This document shows positions 58,175 to 60,384 of a stretch of DNA of 60,384 nucleotides, piece by piece. Origin of the DNA: an uncultured virus (IMG/VR IMGVR_UViG_3300027985_001690) (taxonomy: Duplodnaviria > Heunggongvirae > Uroviricota > Caudoviricetes). Positions within the stretch are counted from its first letter, which is position 1; each line of letters starts with the position of its first letter. Below the pieces are notes generated by a model. That model worked only from the letters and a program-made list of their open reading frames with translations, was not told the DNA's origin and did not search any database. A program made the position numbers and the translations under genes. The stretch lies in the IMG/VR virus record IMGVR_UViG_3300027985_001690, one strand, 5' to 3'.

Positions 58175-58220
58175 GGTACCCGACGAGTGGTCGGGCACCG
58201 ATGAGCGGGACGAACCGGAT

Positions 58221-58580
58221 ATGGCGAGGCGGATCGACCTGGAAACGATGCGGCGCGCGGACCGGTTGATCGAAAATGCGCATGAGGAAAGGAAGACCAT
58301 GGGAGTGATGGCGTGCGGCAGGAGAGACTGCGAAAACATCATGTGCACGAGGCTGATTCTGGACCACTCGGCGTACATCTGCGACGAGTGCTTCGAAGAG
58401 CTTCTGTTGAGGATGGGACTCTCGAAGGAGAGGGACTCGGAAATCCATGCCGGGCTACCGGAGCGCATGTGTCCGGTGGAGCTGCGCCGGCGGATTGAAG
58501 ACTTCATGAGGACGCCCAAGGGAACGTTCCTCGAGGTCGACACCAGAGAGGAATTTGACCGACTGACAGGTGGACGATGA
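58221..58580 (+). CDS. Cys-motif hypothetical protein (start uncertain, possibly 58299)
   Basis: MGVMACGRRDCENIMC...YICDEC; ATGA overlap with the ATPase gene. Confidence 0.55.
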   Translation: MARRIDLETMRRADRLIENAHEERKTMGVMACGRRDCENIMCTRLILDHSAYICDECFEELLLRMGLSKERDSEIHAGLPERMCPVELRRRIEDFMRTPKGTFLEVDTREEFDRLTGGR

Positions 58581-59560
58581 CAACGGTTGACCAGGTGTGC
58601 GGTCTGATCTCGAGCCATCTCGACAGGGATGACGAGAGGTTCATGACCATCGTCAGGCAAATCGAGGCGGGGGCATCCAGGAACGGCCACCGATCCATCC
58701 AGGAACGCATCCAGTCCATTCTCTCTCGTGGTAGGAGGATGACCCCCCAGCTGCGCGTGATGGCTGGCGGTCTCGTCGCAGAACTCGAGCCGACGGTTCA
58801 CTTCGACCGAATGGTTCTGTCCGACAAAACCAGAGGCGCGATTCAACGTGTCATCGACGAGAACAAGGCCAGGGACAAGCTCCACGATCACAAGCTGTGG
58901 CCGCGGCGAAAGATTCTCATGGTGGGCCCTCCTGGGACTGGGAAGACAATCACGGCGTCCGCGCTGGCCTCGGGCCTGGGAATGCCTCTGTTCCACGTCC
59001 AGCAGTCTGGGCTGATCGAGAGCTACATGGGGCACACGTCCGAGAACCTCGCGAAGGTTTTCGAGCACATCCGACAGGACGTAGGCGTGTATCTCTTCGA
59101 CGAGTTCGACGCCCTCGGGACGGAGCGAGACTGGTCTGGACCGGGCTCTGGTCCTGCCGATGGGGAAATGCGCCGGACGTTGAACTCCTTGCTTGTGATG
59201 CTCGAGAGGGACGACTCCCAGAGCCTCATTCTCGCATCGACGAACCACGCATCCATTCTCGATAGGGCGCTGTTCCGTAGGTTCGACGACATCATCCGGT
59301 TTGGCCTACCGACGTCCTGCCAGGCCTTCGAGCTCGTGCAGAAGGTCTTCGAAGGGATTGGATTCCATCTCGAGGGCGAGATCGTCGCCAACGCCGTCGG
59401 ATCGCTGAGTCATTCCGAGATCGAGTCGGCGTGCTTGGAATCGGCCAAGCGGGTACTGCTGTCGCACGAAGGGCCGACCACGGGCGAGATGGCAGTCCCA
59501 GCGGACGTCCTGGTATCGGAGCTGCGCTCCAGAACGGAGTCGACCCTTGGACGCGAGTGA
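58577..59560 (+). CDS. AAA+ ATPase of the type usually paired with an S8 subtilase
   Basis: GPPGTGKT, YLFDEFDAL, EMRRTLNSLL, ASTNH, LDRALFRRFDD. Confidence 0.88.
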   Translation: MTTVDQVCGLISSHLDRDDERFMTIVRQIEAGASRNGHRSIQERIQSILSRGRRMTPQLRVMAGGLVAELEPTVHFDRMVLSDKTRGAIQRVIDENKARDKLHDHKLWPRRKILMVGPPGTGKTITASALASGLGMPLFHVQQSGLIESYMGHTSENLAKVFEHIRQDVGVYLFDEFDALGTERDWSGPGSGPADGEMRRTLNSLLVMLERDDSQSLILASTNHASILDRALFRRFDDIIRFGLPTSCQAFELVQKVFEGIGFHLEGEIVANAVGSLSHSEIESACLESAKRVLLSHEGPTTGEMAVPADVLVSELRSRTESTLGRE

Positions 59561-59981
59561 CATCTACCAGTTCTCATCGTACGTCGTGTCGCTCGGATTT
59601 GGATCGCGCGGAGGACGGATCCTACCGCTCGCTGGAGTGCATCGTTCCGACTGCGTCAGTCCTCCACCGATGCCTATCGTCATCCATCGGACATCGAAGA
59701 CGGAGCTCGTGCGAACGGGCATCGGAGACAGCCATTGGCGTTCGGTGTACCCGGGTGGCCTAGGAGTCCTAGCGTTCGTCCGGCTGTCGACGATGGTCCG
59801 GGCATGGGGTAGAAAGCCGATCGAGGGGAGCCCTCTCCACGCGACGATGCGCGAGTGGAGGCCATGGCCGCACGAGGTGAGGGTCTCGATCCGTATGGAC
59901 GGCCTCGTCCTATCGGACGAAATCTTCGGTGACATCCAACCGTTTGACGTTTTTGTTCAGGAGGTAGAACCGAAATTATGA
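59547..59981 (+). CDS. Hypothetical protein (start uncertain)
   Basis: ORF filling the gap in the rightward block. Confidence 0.4.
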   Translation: MDASDIYQFSSYVVSLGFGSRGGRILPLAGVHRSDCVSPPPMPIVIHRTSKTELVRTGIGDSHWRSVYPGGLGVLAFVRLSTMVRAWGRKPIEGSPLHATMREWRPWPHEVRVSIRMDGLVLSDEIFGDIQPFDVFVQEVEPKL

Positions 59982-59988
59982 GGAAGCC

Positions 59989-60201
59989 ATGCTTGAGGTA
60001 GACACAGACAAGCTGAAGCAGTTTCCAGTGGTCGCGGGAGAGGAGCCGCCCGCTGCGGAGCATGCGTCCTCCGCCCATTCGACCATCGATCCAGAGTGGA
60101 AGCCCAACGAGGACCACCGAAGGATCGCCGAGGCCAAGGGCCTTGGGGGCGGAGTCATCATCGTTCTGAGGTCGAAGGCCAAGTCCGACAAGGACACGTG
60201 A
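59989..60201 (+). CDS. Hypothetical protein
   Basis: GAGG RBS. Confidence 0.5.
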   Translation: MLEVDTDKLKQFPVVAGEEPPAAEHASSAHSTIDPEWKPNEDHRRIAEAKGLGGGVIIVLRSKAKSDKDT

Positions 60202-60212
60202 GGAGCAAGCCC

Positions 60213-60384
60213 ATGACGAATGACATCGATATCGACCTGGAACAGTGGGCGAAAGAATGCGCCGAGTGGCAGGCCATCGGAGAGGATATGATCCGGAATG
60301 GCAAACGACCATCCGCTTTCGACGTATCAGAGGAGCACAGGAGACGGAAGCAGCAGCAACACGTCCTTTCCGGGGCGGAAATCG
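60213..60384 (+). CDS. Hypothetical protein, 3' partial
   Basis: AGGAG RBS, MTNDIDIDLEQW..., open to the window end. Confidence 0.55.
   Translation, partial: MTNDIDIDLEQWAKECAEWQAIGEDMIRNGKRPSAFDVSEEHRRRKQQQHVLSGAEI

Overview
GC-rich, gene-dense viral DNA (phage or provirus), probably from a Myxococcota/Polyangiaceae-like host; the host call is inferred from the lipoprotein styles, a PHA-system protein and the composition. About 0.7-35.9 kb is a tightly coupled minus-strand morphogenesis-like block in which I recognise no terminase, portal, HK97 capsid, tail tube or tape measure. It instead encodes about 12 C-terminally membrane-anchored proteins (including an SLT, an M15 peptidase and two LysM proteins), a basic core-like protein, a candidate capsid trio, a transglutaminase-like Cys-His-Asp protein, thioredoxin and duplicated spike/fibre genes, several sharing an N-terminal docking-like helix. 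This suggests a large tailless, membrane-containing virus. After a divergent control region (RHH and XRE regulators) come a complete tmRNA (tag ANDNNAMSAAA), a GH25 lysozyme and polyvalent proteins (Mom-like, ART-like, GNAT, HExxH, GP88-like domains) whose domain boundaries are marked by a recurring basic-x-Asn-Pro motif. Further right are a ComM/YifB fusion with a Walker A K-to-R change, two covarying copies of a 51-nt hammerhead-shaped leader, a 19-bp iteron-like array, an HNH and an orphan AAA+ ATPase. All family calls are motif recognition by eye; no database searches were run.
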